Shown here in pieces: positions 50,201-62,124 of a stretch of DNA of 64,000 nucleotides. Position 1 is the stretch's first letter, and each line of letters opens with the position of its first letter. The notes beneath the pieces were generated by a model that did not search any database, was not told the DNA's origin, and saw nothing but the letters and a program-made list of their open reading frames with translations. The stretch is from Carcharhinus amblyrhynchos (lineage: Eukaryota), in the NCBI GenBank assembly GCA_965287045.1, contig OZ336878.1:52390001-52454000 (forward strand), written 5' to 3'. Position numbers and translations under genes: made by a program.

Positions 50201-52274
50201 ATGACTCAAAAGTTACAACTGCAGATAAGTACGAATCAGTAAAAGTTACAAACAACAAAGGGTCAGTGTTGGAATGAGCCCCTGTTATGTCTCGTCACTT
50301 CGGAATGGTTATATCAGCAGGTTCCTGAGGCGGACAGTGACTTTAGGAGTCGCCTTCGACTTTCCCAGGGGTATCAGTTAAATATAGAACTCACGCTCGT
50401 ATTTCACTAACCACCCGCCATTTGCTAGTTTTGTGTAAACGTAACTCATAACCAGGGTCACAACTGCCTAACATCTTGTAACGTTTATAGAAGCAAGAGA
50501 CAAAACATTTTTAGATCAGTTTCAATTTCCTTGTAAAAGGATTACTGAGGGAGATTCAATTTAGGGACTGGATCTGGCGTTGTTAAGTTGCCCTTCAAGT
50601 GAAGTTGGGAGGGAGAGTGAATATTTCTTTCATCATGCCAAACGATTATTAAATATATATATGTGTTGAGACCACACCTCGACAAGCAAGACGGCTTGCT
50701 TCATTTGGTGTATTTATACTGAGGTATAAATGTTTACACACAGTAAAATAATATTTACAACTACAGAAAAAAACTCGCGTCCAAGCAAATGTTACTCTCA
50801 AGTTGGACGGGGTCTGACATTTCGCAATACTCTTTAAGCACAGAGTGTGAAGTAAATAAGGAAACTCAACACCGGGCAGCGACACTTGAAGCCGCGACAC
50901 ATAGATAAACAGTCAGGGGAGAAAGGCTGGTGATCTAAAATCAACCTCGTCGCCCGAGATCATTTACAAAGTATTAAAACGGAAAACGATCTGCGGACGT
51001 TCTCCACCCAACCCCCTCCCAACTCTTCACTAGGTTTTAGACCAAGCTCTTCAAGCTCTGAACTGTCCCAGAGACTCGGATCTGTTTCCAAGAATTAAAA
51101 AGTTAGCTGAATGTGGTGCATTTTATTTATTAGAGGTCGCAATACACAAAATGGGGGAAAAAAAGTTGCACCCGATGTATTCCCAATTTTCCCACAATAA
51201 AGTGCTCAGCCCCACAACAGGCCCGGTTAGGTTCAGAATTGAGATAACTGGTGGGTTAGAGTTTCCCGATTTACGTCAAGTGGGGTTGTTTAATATTAAT
51301 TTGAATATTCGTTCGGACGGCTGCCAAACACGTCTGCCACTGGGCACACAAGAAAATGACAAGACTGAGAATGGAGTTCAATGTTCCCAGAACACCTGGA
51401 GTCTTCAGTAGCGAAGCAGTAACCATCGCCTCTTCATTCCCATTCCCCTTTTTATAACTGGCATGCATTATTACCCCTGTTGTCATTACTATTCCTGGAA
51501 TTAAATTGTTCAGGTAACCTGCGGGACAATCGATGCCGGATTCCTGATGCATCATTGCGCCCTGTTTTTATTTCAACGATTATATAAATGAGATCATTTT
51601 ATTGTTTATAAAAGAAATCTGAATTTATAAATCCAGATGCGGGTGCTTTTTAAATCTGCTCGAACAACCCTTTTGGACGATTTTAAAGCGTTTGGCTTTA
51701 GTAATTTGCTCGATTTCATATAAGCAGCATAAATTTCCCAAAAGAAAAAAGCGACTGTGTGCACACAGAAACACCAAATATATAATTTAGGACAAAGCAT
51801 CACACTTGTTTGATACGACTATACCATACAATCTTTTTAAAATGGTGACATATTCTAAATAATATATTTTGCTTCGCCACTAAAACGGAATTGAAACAGA
51901 TTTGAGTCGAACCCATTTCAATTTGCTCTGGCGAACCCTTCTTCCATGAAGTTAAACAGTAGTTGCTGTCAGCTCGGATTTCACAACTAATGCCTTCAGC
52001 AAAATGTTTACTGATTAAATAGCTTTTAATTTTAAAAGAAAGCCGCAATGACCTCAATGGCGTCACTTCAGAGATTTTATTTCTGGTAATCTGCTGAGCT
52101 TGCCATGTTTTATATCTTTCTGAGGTTGCTATCCAATGACAGTGTATTTTAATATCCCAATCTGAAACCTTAAACATTTAATATAATCACGACTGAAATA
52201 AACTCTAAATTTGCAAGGTCAAGAGCGTTTTTTTTGGAAATGAACGAGGACAGAAACGTTTGCAATTTGTAAAA

Positions 52275-52280
52275 TTTATT
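52275..52280 (-). terminator. Candidate FOXD3 polyadenylation signal AATAAA
   Basis: AATAAA about 470 nt after the stop, at the end of an AU-rich 3' UTR. Confidence 0.6.
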
Positions 52281-52747
52281 TACAAAGTTGTTTAATTCCC
52301 ATTGTACAACACGACGGTAGCGCTACATAGAATACATATATTTAATTCATATAAAGGGCTTTAAGCTTTTGCAGTCGTATACAATATTGACATTTTTTCT
52401 CCTGTTGTATTAATTCTTTAGAATGATTCAGTCTTCCTTAATATCTATACATGTTCGTCAATAAGCTACTGGCAATGAACCTTTCAAAAAGACATTAAGT
52501 GTGAAAGCCCAGAGCTCTATACTACAACTGTGAAACAGTCTAATTAAAAAATAAAACTCAAATACTATGAACCGATAGGTTCTTTATACAAATATTTACA
52601 AACGTATTTACCTGTACAGAAAGCATTCCTTTTTTATATATAACATAGGATTTTAGTCTATATTTCGCAGTCAAGTTCAGTGCGACCCACTACCACAGGA
52701 GAAAAAAAAGGGATATGGTGAGTGAGCAGTTGGAAGTGGAGGAGGTA

Positions 52748-53881
52748 TTAAGATGGCCATTTGGTCACTGCGGCGGCCGAAGCTGCTGACTGTAAGAATT
52801 GTCCGGAGATTATGTTCGTGGGGACACTGAGGATGGGGGTAATCGCAGCTGTGCTTCTCGCTAAAGACAAGGGCTGAGGACTGATGAGAGCTGACTGGAC
52901 GGTGACTGGCGGCCGCAGGAAAGTTTGTGAGCTGCCTGATGTGCTAGTCACCCCGATGATATTCTCGATGCTGAAGGAAGGTCTGCTGGTGGGCTCCGTT
53001 TTCACGATGGACGTGGAGCTCAAACTGCTGAGTTGGAGCTGGAGGCTGGGGCTGAGCTGCGAATTGAAAGCTTTCCTGTTGAGTTCACTGGACGGGATGA
53101 GTGGGACGACCGGGGGTAGCATGGGACCCACAGGAGGGATGTAGGGATACTGAAGAGTTGAGGGATGAGGATAGGTGGCGGGATGCAGCGCATAGGGCCG
53201 CCCGTAAGGACCGCTTAGGCTGTAAGCTCCAAAGCTCTGCATCATGAGGGCAGTCTGCTCCCTCAGATGGTCCGCAGGTTGCCTCTTGAACCTTTTCCTC
53301 CGACGAAGAAAGCTCCCATTGTCAAACATATCTTCAGATTGTGGATCTAGGGTCCAATAGTTCCCTTTCCCCGGATTACCAGGCTCCCTGGGAATCTTCA
53401 CAAAACAATCATTTAGGGACAAGTTGTGCCTGATGGAGTTCTGCCAGGCGGGGAATTTCTCCCTATAGTAGGGAAAACGGTTACTGATGAACTCACAGAT
53501 CCCACTAAGGGTTAACTTTTTCTGGGGACTTTGCAGGATAGACATGGTGATGAGAGCAATGTACGAATAAGGTGGTTTCACCAGACTGTTCTTGGGTTTT
53601 GAGGCGGCGTTGCCGCTCGAAGAACCACTTTCCTGAGTTTCAGATTTCGTTACTTCTCCCTCCGAGGAAGGCTGGCAGAGAGCGGATGGGCTCTCCGCAA
53701 TCTCCCTGGCCCCGATCTCCTCCACCTCCTCTGCCTGATCGTGGGTGGCGTGGCTCTCAGAGTCGCTGTCCTTTCCCATGTTCTCGTCTCCTTCTCCCAC
53801 CACATCAATATCGACATCCTCGGCTGTGAGGACCGTGTGCCCTGACATATCGCTCGCACTGCCGTTGCCTGACAGGGTCAT
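52748..53881 (-). CDS. FOXD3: Forkhead box D3 transcription factor, single exon, 377 aa (first in-frame ATG gives MTLSG; the ORF-track start at 53908 is a non-ATG extension)
   Basis: MTLSG...DIDVVG N-terminus, forkhead domain [12 protein letters not shown]...[14 protein letters not shown], eh1/Groucho motif FSIENII and a C-terminal KWP. FOXD3-ALG6 adjacency matches human synteny. Confidence 0.98.
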   Translation of the reverse strand: MTLSGNGSASDMSGHTVLTAEDVDIDVVGEGDENMGKDSDSESHATHDQAEEVEEIGAREIAESPSALCQPSSEGEVTKSETQESGSSSGNAASKPKNSLVKPPYSYIALITMSILQSPQKKLTLSGICEFISNRFPYYREKFPAWQNSIRHNLSLNDCFVKIPREPGNPGKGNYWTLDPQSEDMFDNGSFLRRRKRFKRQPADHLREQTALMMQSFGAYSLSGPYGRPYALHPATYPHPSTLQYPYIPPVGPMLPPVVPLIPSSELNRKAFNSQLSPSLQLQLSSLSSTSIVKTEPTSRPSFSIENIIGVTSTSGSSQTFLRPPVTVQSALISPQPLSLARSTAAITPILSVPTNIISGQFLQSAASAAAVTKWPS

Positions 53882-53945
53882 CACGCTTTCCCTTTTACAA
53901 ATCAGCAAAAAAAGGTGAGAACTCGGCTTCTTTTCTGGTGAAACT

Positions 53946-53991
53946 TCTCTCTCTCTCTCTCTCTAGTCCCTCTCCTGTCTCTCGTCTCTCT
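53946..53991. repeat. (GA/TC)n microsatellite in the presumed FOXD3 5' UTR
   Basis: Direct TC dinucleotide run with a degenerate extension. Confidence 0.85.
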
Positions 53992-54199
53992 CGCACACAC
54001 ACTGTCTCAGCTGGCAGTCTCTTGCAGATCAGATGACAACGCTTTTTTTAATACAGGTCAAAGGGCTGTCAATAATAGTTACCTTTAACTTTTTGACAGC
54101 CTATTTCAACTTGCACATTGCAACTTATTCACTTTTTCCTGTATTTCCTCTCAATGTTTTTTTAAAACGCTTTCAGACACGCAGCTCTTTAGCTTTTTA

Positions 54200-54290
54200 T
54201 GCCTCCTTTATATATATAAAAAGACTGTCTGAAGATTGTTTCAGTTAAAGATATACTCTCAGCTTTGTCACGTGAGGGACTAACGTCAGA
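54200..54290 (-). promoter_or_regulatory. FOXD3 core promoter candidate: TATA box, E-box and CRE half-site
   Basis: TATATAAAG on the minus strand (54206-54214), TCACGTGA (54268-54275) and TAACGTCA (54281-54288), about 330-400 bp upstream of the ATG. Confidence 0.6.
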
Positions 54291-55893
54291 CTTCCCTCTG
54301 TTAAGCCATGCAAAACTCGAGTTATTTCATGTAATCGTCAACATAGATCCGGCCAAGACAACAGTAGCAGCACTCATTCCTACAAGCACCATTTCATCAA
54401 GATGCTCAAAGCATTCTTTGTCAATAAACTTGGTAGCAGAACAGAGCAAGAAGAGGCCTCAAATTATTTAATTGGGCGCATTTTTTACAGTTGCACTTTT
54501 TTGGCCAAATGCACAACTATGTTGGGATGTTTGTTTATTAATTTTCCATTATTTCAAGGGCAGTTCCCCCTCCCAATCAGGCTATGAATATAACTGTTTT
54601 GATTAGTTATTAGAACAGCCGTATTAATGAACGTGACACTACTTAGTTTAGTAAATGTTGTGTAGATTGGCGTGACATTTGCTTTCTTTAGGAAGACAAT
54701 GATCACTTTAATTTTCTTACCATTGTCTTTTTTGACTTCACATTGACTTACAGTCAGGTAACAGGGTCTAAGCGACATTTTTTTGTTAGAATGGCGATTT
54801 ATAACTACATTGGATCGGTTGCCGCACGTACAGCAAAACGGCTATTGATCAATCTGTTAGATTTAGAAAAGAAGGAACAAAAGTCGGTGTGTGTGGAGGG
54901 GGGGGGGGGGGAAGGGGGAGCAGAAAGATATGTGATAACAAAAGGATAGCTACAAATAAAGAACTTTGAACCAGGATGTGCAGAGGTGTTAACGAGCTAA
55001 TCATCCCGACGTGTTAGCATATGAAAAACTAGGAAATGGGAGAGAGTGGGTGAATGGGAACGAGCCATTCACAGCACTGAAGGTAAGCGTTTGTCTCAAT
55101 CCTGTTCTCAGGAAAGACGATTTTTGAACCTGCAGCGTCGAAACTACTTTCCCAAATAAGTTTAACAGGAACTGACAACCGTCCTTTAAACAAAAGGCTA
55201 ATTTCAACGCAATAATTCCTTCCTCAAAACAACACCTCGATGAAAATCTAGTGTCTTACTCTTTTTTTGGAAACACTGAAGTTTTCGCCTGTGAATATTA
55301 GGTTTAATTTATTTTTTTTTGTTTTGATCTGAGGTTGAAATCGAATTGATTTGTTTCCCAATTCCTCCTACTCAAATCAAAATATCTTTAAGTGACAAAA
55401 GAATCAATTATTCTTTCCACCCTCCTATTAAGACTAACAAAACCATGTGAATGGGTTTACGACATGTTTTCGATGGGAGGAATGAATAACCATTTAAACC
55501 TGACAGGGTTTCCCTGTGACAGAAAATGATATTATAAAACCGTGAGCGATTTCCCCACAGATCAAGCAACTGCTTGTCTCCATTTTAAAGATGCATTTTT
55601 CTGGCACTAGAATTTCACTTCGTTTTTGACACGGTTACCATTCTGTGTTACAATTTTATTTTACTTAAAGCGGGTTCCCGAACTGTCAACGTTGCGGCGT
55701 TTCAGTGCAAACGAAACGATAACATTTTGTAACGGCATCTGCCCTTATTTTTGTAGAAATTAGATACTATTTGCTCCAATTAATAAACTGCAATTAAGAT
55801 GTATAGCTTAGTGTGTTTTTAACAAGTGCCGAATCCAAGCGAATTAAGATATGTTAAACAATGATTGAGGACAGGAAAGATTGAACCAAGCCT

Positions 55894-55930
55894 GGGGGGT
55901 GGCGGGGGCGAGGGGTGCGGGGGGCGGGGG
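55894..55930 (+). other. G-quadruplex-forming motif upstream of FOXD3
   Basis: GGGGGG-TGGC-GGGGG-CGA-GGGG-TGC-GGGGGG-C-GGGGG: five G-runs of at least 4. Confidence 0.6.
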
Positions 55931-58900
55931 TGGACTTTGATTGTGTGCTTGTAAATTGGCTGTAAGTGACTGTTTGTTGGTTGCTGTTTCCATTTGTATA
56001 AGTGCGGATGAGCATCTCCGTTTACAAACCACTTTGTTTTCTCGTTTGTTTACTTCGAGGTCCGACTGCCACAATCAAAACTTTTTTTTAAAAAAGACAA
56101 TAAATGATTCAAACAAACTCTTAATACAATCTGATTTTCGCCAGTATAGACAAGCAAGTCTCCTGGATGTGTGTATGTGTGTGATTTAAACATTTCCCGT
56201 TCTTATTCGTTATAATGATACGATCAACTTTCTATGTCACATTTGACCAAAATCGTGCACATTCGGCCGCTGAAAACGATGGGCTTTTAACTGTTGAGGC
56301 AGAATACTGATTTTAGTGTAATCAGGGAGCAGGAGAGGTTACTGTAACAGGGGGTTCTATAATCACTCTTTGAACAGGCTACGTTGGTAGGCTAACCATC
56401 TTTGCCGCAATTCGCCACACGAAGTGTCATTTTTTTCATGTTTCTTTCTCTGTATGCCGTCTTCCTGTTTGAATGTGGGGTTCAAAAAAGTTCCACAATA
56501 AAACGATGACAGTGCCTTTGTCTGATTTCCAGATGAATTAAATGTTCCCAGAGTCTGGAATGCAGCTGCAAAATAAGATAGTGATTTCATTTCTGAGTAC
56601 TATTTGATTTTTTTTTGAAAAGACTCTTACATGCGACCATCTGCGCAGTAGCTTTCAATTGCGATCATCCTCCTGGTCGGAAGAACATGGTTAAGAGGGA
56701 GTATAAAATGCCGTCTTTGTTCCAAAAACATCATCCTATTTATTTCTGATGATCTTCTTAACTCTCAGTGGAGTTGGGCGGGGAAATAAAGAAAAACAAC
56801 CACAGATCGCAGGTCCCTTTGATGCGTATTTCTTAAACACAATAAAAGTCAAATTAATTAAATCATACCATTAATTATGACCCTTAGCGTGAAAAGGATT
56901 GTTTCCCCTCGATTAGGGATGTATTGTGCTAATCCCCGTGTTGACACAGAGAACTGTCTGTTCTGCAATCATTTCTATAGAAAGCCTTTCTAGGCCAATT
57001 TAGCAAATCTTAATTAGGCATGTTTAGAGTGAAATAGTGATTTGGATATCAGAGCGGTTTTTTCAATTCTACTCTGACATTTCAAGAAATAACCCGGAAT
57101 TTTAGAATGACATGATCCAAGTTAGCACCAAAGACACACGTGGATTGAAACCACCGCTCCAATTCTCATTTGCGAAACGAAGCGGCAAAACGATGAACTT
57201 TAAGCGTCAACTTACCCCCCCCCCCGGCCTCACTCCACCTTCCTACCCCCACCGCCACCCCCAGAAAGTTGGACCCGGCAAATAATAAATAAGATGCTCC
57301 TTTCTCCTCCCCAACTCGCAACGACCTGATTTCGATTTCACAGCGTCCATAATCTTATTTAATTTCAGGTCGCTAATGAGAAGCAGCAAAGCTCTGAGCG
57401 GAGCTGGGCGTCACAGATCCCTTTTAAAATAATAACAGGATCCTGAGCATATCTTCCTAATAGGAACCGGCACCTAATCCAGTCAAGATGGTGTAGAGAG
57501 ATGGAAGAAGGGGCAGAAGAATGGAATGAAGAGCGATGTGAAAAGCCTATATCCATAAAAAAAAGGAATGCAAACAAAAACGTCGGGAAATTTTAAAAAG
57601 GGAGCTCATATAAATTAACGGAAATAATATGAGCCATATGAAGGGAAGGAATATTATTATTGCAGTAATTTATTTTCGCTCCCCCCCCACCCCCTCCCCA
57701 ACGCATACGCTGTCTTTTGAATTGAACTAAAATACACTTGTCCGCCTTTTACTAATACCCCAGTTAAATAGAGCCAAGATTTGGACCCATCTGACGGGAT
57801 TGCGATCAGATGTCAGTCGAACACGGCATCCCTAAGGCTGCGGTTGTCAGGGTCTAATCGCTTTACACACAACACGGGAATGGTATCAAAGACGTCCTAT
57901 TTCCACCTTAAACCCTATTAGCCTCTCCCGGTGAATTATGTAAAATTTCGACCTTACACTTGGATTATTAAAGGAGAAATCCCATTATGCTGCACGCGGC
58001 AGCAAGAGGGGAGGTGAGTTGAGGGGAAACATTCTTCCCGCCTTCAATATGTGGCCTGCCAGCAAACTTCGACTACACAAGGTGCAATACCGACGAACAA
58101 AATGTATCTTGCGTTCAGGTGATGGGATTACAGCCTGTCAACCAACTATTGGAAATATTAACGGCGCTAATATCACCCACACAAACAGCTGGGAAAGAGC
58201 AGAGTCTTACCTGTGGCATTCTCCTCTCACACTCCTCGCATATCCAGTAAAATCAATACATTTACTAGCCGTCTAACTGAAACCAGTAACAGCATCAAAG
58301 CTTTTTGGCCAACTATCTGGATCACAATAATCCCCCGTCCTATTAATATCACTTTCACTCATTTTTCGACACTGTTCAGAGAGCGGTGGCAAATTTAATT
58401 GGCTTCTTTAAAAATTATAATATATATAATATAAATACCAAATTCCAGCTAACAGGAGGTGTTTGTATTGTAATTTTTCACGACATGTTGGGATAAATTG
58501 ATTCAAGTATCTTGGCAACAATATTGCAGAACGCTGTCTTTATTATTTATCTCTTTCTCAAGGCAGTAAAATTGCTTGCATTTATTTAAATCTCCAATTA
58601 ACTATAATAAGACGAGGGAAATGGCAAAACAGAATATTTCATCTATATGTACGCTGTAACTTAACCAATTAAGACGATGAAGGGGAGGGGGCAAAAACTG
58701 CGGGTGATAATGGATAGGAAAAAGTAAGTAGGATAACTCCAATTTATACAAATCAAACAGTGCTTAATAAAAAGGCAACTCGTTTAATTAAAGGTTCAAA
58801 GAATTCGGATCCAGCATTTGGACAGCGTTTAGAATGCGAGTGAAATTCGTGATGAATTAATGGCATTGTTGGCGTGCTCTTAATTATAGTTATTATGTTA

Positions 58901-61900
58901 ATTATTTTACATTAGCATGAAGTTATCAGCATGTCAGGTTTAATCAAAATGCAGCGTTCTGCAGAAAACTGTTCTTTTATTCTGCGATGTGAAAATCTAC
59001 ACCATGCGGGTTTATTGTTTAAAGGTATAAAAAATGACTTTTTATTGAAAGAAATGTTTAATTTGGTTTCGTACGGTCTGGTCACATGTAGCCCGCAGGC
59101 TCCAGCTCCTAAAAGGGCTGGATTCGCTATTATCACCCCCTTTAGGAACCTACTCCATCAACGTGTAACTCTCTGTCAAACAACATGAAGTTGCTCATTT
59201 TTATCTGTTGATATTTTTTTGCAAATCCGACGGCGGGCAGCCCTGCTTTCACAAGCAGGGAGAGGTGGTCGGAACAAAAGAGATATTCAATGGCACTGTC
59301 AGTGTGCTCTCAAGGTTTGCTCACAAAGCGTCAGGGCGAATTTTAATATCCTGACATGACTCCTGTATTGAGCACCTATAATTAAGAGGGGGGAAAATAT
59401 CGACAAACATAAAGCAATTTATAATTTAAAAAGTCTAAATATCATTGCTGCAGTCACTTGCACGTTTACACACTCAGATCAGTTTTTGTATACTAATAAA
59501 CCTTGATCCATCGTTTTAATGACATCGAAATCCATGTTACCTCTCCGCAGTACCTGTCGACATTTACGATTTTAACCAGCAAAGTGTATCATAATCAATA
59601 TAAAATATAAAATGGCCTCTCTTTTAAATTGTACACTACCTTCACGCGGATTCCCAGTGTGTGATCATTTAGTTTTATTTGCTGCTAACTTGCCACTGTA
59701 TGAACTCCGGAGGTGTCAGTGAGTAAGAGACGAGAGATCAGTGAAGGCGGCCAGACCTCCAGAAAAGGGTTCACCACTGAGACCTGACACAAGCAGAATT
59801 AACCGATATTGCCGAGATTGGATGCCGAGAAAATAGCGATCGCATTCTACAGCTTGTACTATGGAGATTTTTATTTTAAGATTCTTTTGCCAGTTATTTC
59901 TCCAATTGTAGCTTGTATCTTTGATTTTTTTTGCACCTTGGCAGAGAAGTCCCAAGTTCAAATTGTTCTTTGCACTAAAATTCAACCCTGCGAATTACAC
60001 CTGCTCTTCAACTTTATTTCCAGAAGTTTATTATGAGCCATCTTCCTTGGGTTTGAAAAATACATTTTCTCCCATTTGAAATAACACTTCTCAGATCATC
60101 TGAAGACCAGGTCAAAGTCATCGCTTTATTTGACAATTACTTCTTCTTAATAAGGGGAATTAACAGATTTCTTTTGGGAGGGGGGTGGCGGAGGAGGACC
60201 GGCACTTTTCCTGTTCACTTTTTATCTATGAACTGTTTTATTGCAGTGTAAGGTGGCTCAGTGGAAATTGAACCATTTCATCTCAAAATACATCAAACTT
60301 TTTTTTGAATGGACGGTTCTCACCTACAAATACACGGGCTCGGTATAACGCTTATGTGTGAAGTTTCAAGAAAGGCGGAAGGAAATATCTTGTTTCTGAC
60401 AATGCCAATTTCCTTAAAATATACATGATGCGAACTAAAGGTTCACATTCGGTCAGCAATACTGATGAAATAGTAAAGACAGCACACTGGAAACTACTCG
60501 CATCTCGTCGATGTATTTGCAGTCTGGTGTATCATTGTCCATATGTTTCCCGCATATATTATGGTAATTTTATGTTCTTTTTTTCTTAGACATTTTGTTG
60601 TAACTGAAGATAAGACACGTTCACGGAAATATTGACGGGAACTTTGTGTGTATGTGTATGTGTGTGTTTTTTTTAGCTCTGCCTCCCTGAACTGCCGAAA
60701 CAGTAGAAATCAAAGGCGAGATCATCATTGGGTCAAGACGCCCCAGGAACAGCAGAGTGATCGAACCGGCTTTGAACCAATGGTCCGGTTTTATCGACTG
60801 GTTCTGGCAGGATTCCGAGATGGCGAGGAGTTCCATTGTCCAGTCTCTCCGCTGTCTCTCCAGGCACACAGAGCACCTGCGCATCGGCTAAATTGCTATA
60901 CTCGGCCACCTCCTATTGCCGGTGAAGTTTGTAACTTCCTAACAACACAAGAAATGATGCCTTTCCTGTCAGCTATTTCAGAAATGTGAACTAATTCAGA
61001 AGTTCCACCGCTCCTCAGCGAAGGCACTTTCTAAATGCAGCTGTGTACTGGTTCATGCAACTCCACTTGGACTCAGTGCTGACACTTCTCCATGTCTTGA
61101 CCGACCCACTTATCCCAAACCTTTGCCTTTCCGTTTTATATGAATCAAACAAGTTACAATAAGAGATCTTTTCTCCTATAGGGCAATATTCATCCAAAGG
61201 ACAGATCTGATCTTAAAAAAAAGCAACAGCGGGGGGCATTGTATTTGCTTTTGTCTATTGTGTAGATTCGTTTTTAACATGTGACCGGTATGTTTACTGT
61301 TTAAACAATGTGTGTGTAGCCAAAACTGATTTAAATATATTATGAAGCAGCTCTATAATACTGCATAAAAAGTGATGGACCTGTTCTAGATGGTATGGCA
61401 TGCAACCGTGTCATTACAAAGTCCAGGGGCAGGGATGCCATTCACTGACACGGTGAGGCTGAGAAATTTACTTCTGTGCCACGACTTTTGATTTTTTGCA
61501 CCATCCAAGGCATAATAGCCGGTAGATAATCATGTCACTTCTTAACTTCGTTGATCCACCGCCCTTCTGTAATTTTCAGGCACTTTAAAACCCAATATTG
61601 ACATTAGAGAACCAATGCTTTTTCAATTATCTTTTCTGCTGTTTGTTTTAAATTTATTGCTTACCTACAGCACACAGACTGCAAGAAGATGGCTCAACGC
61701 CATTGGGATGGGCCATATAGGCTGCTCTTGACATCAACGCCTACATCATACGTACAAATAAAATATTGGTGTGCTGCATGAAGAATTCTGGCCCTACGTA
61801 CACCTAGATGTCCACAAAAAATAAATGGCTTATACCATCTTGTGTGTCAACATATAGAGAGGGAATAAGTGTGACAAGCATGCTTTTCGAGTCATAATGC

Positions 61901-62124
61901 AGTTATTGGTTTCAATGAAGAATACACATGTACATAGAATCAACTGAAGTGTCAGGGGCAGAAGTTTGACTCGCATCAGTATTTAAGTAGAAGATCTAGT
62001 TTGACACTTGAGTCCAGCACTGAGGTTCACTGCATTACCGGAGCTGGCTTTTGGATGGAAGGTTAAACCAAGACTTCATCTGTCTCTTCTGGTGATTCCT
62101 GTGAATATTAAAGATCACTTGGTG

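Noticed and set aside
52884-53859. Antisense and alternate-frame ORFs overlapping FOXD3
   Set aside because: These are expected shadows of a GC-rich coding region and show no independent coding signal.
53882-53908. 9-aa N-terminal extension of FOXD3 in the ORF track
   Set aside because: It begins at a non-ATG codon. The conserved FoxD3 start is MTLSG at 53881.
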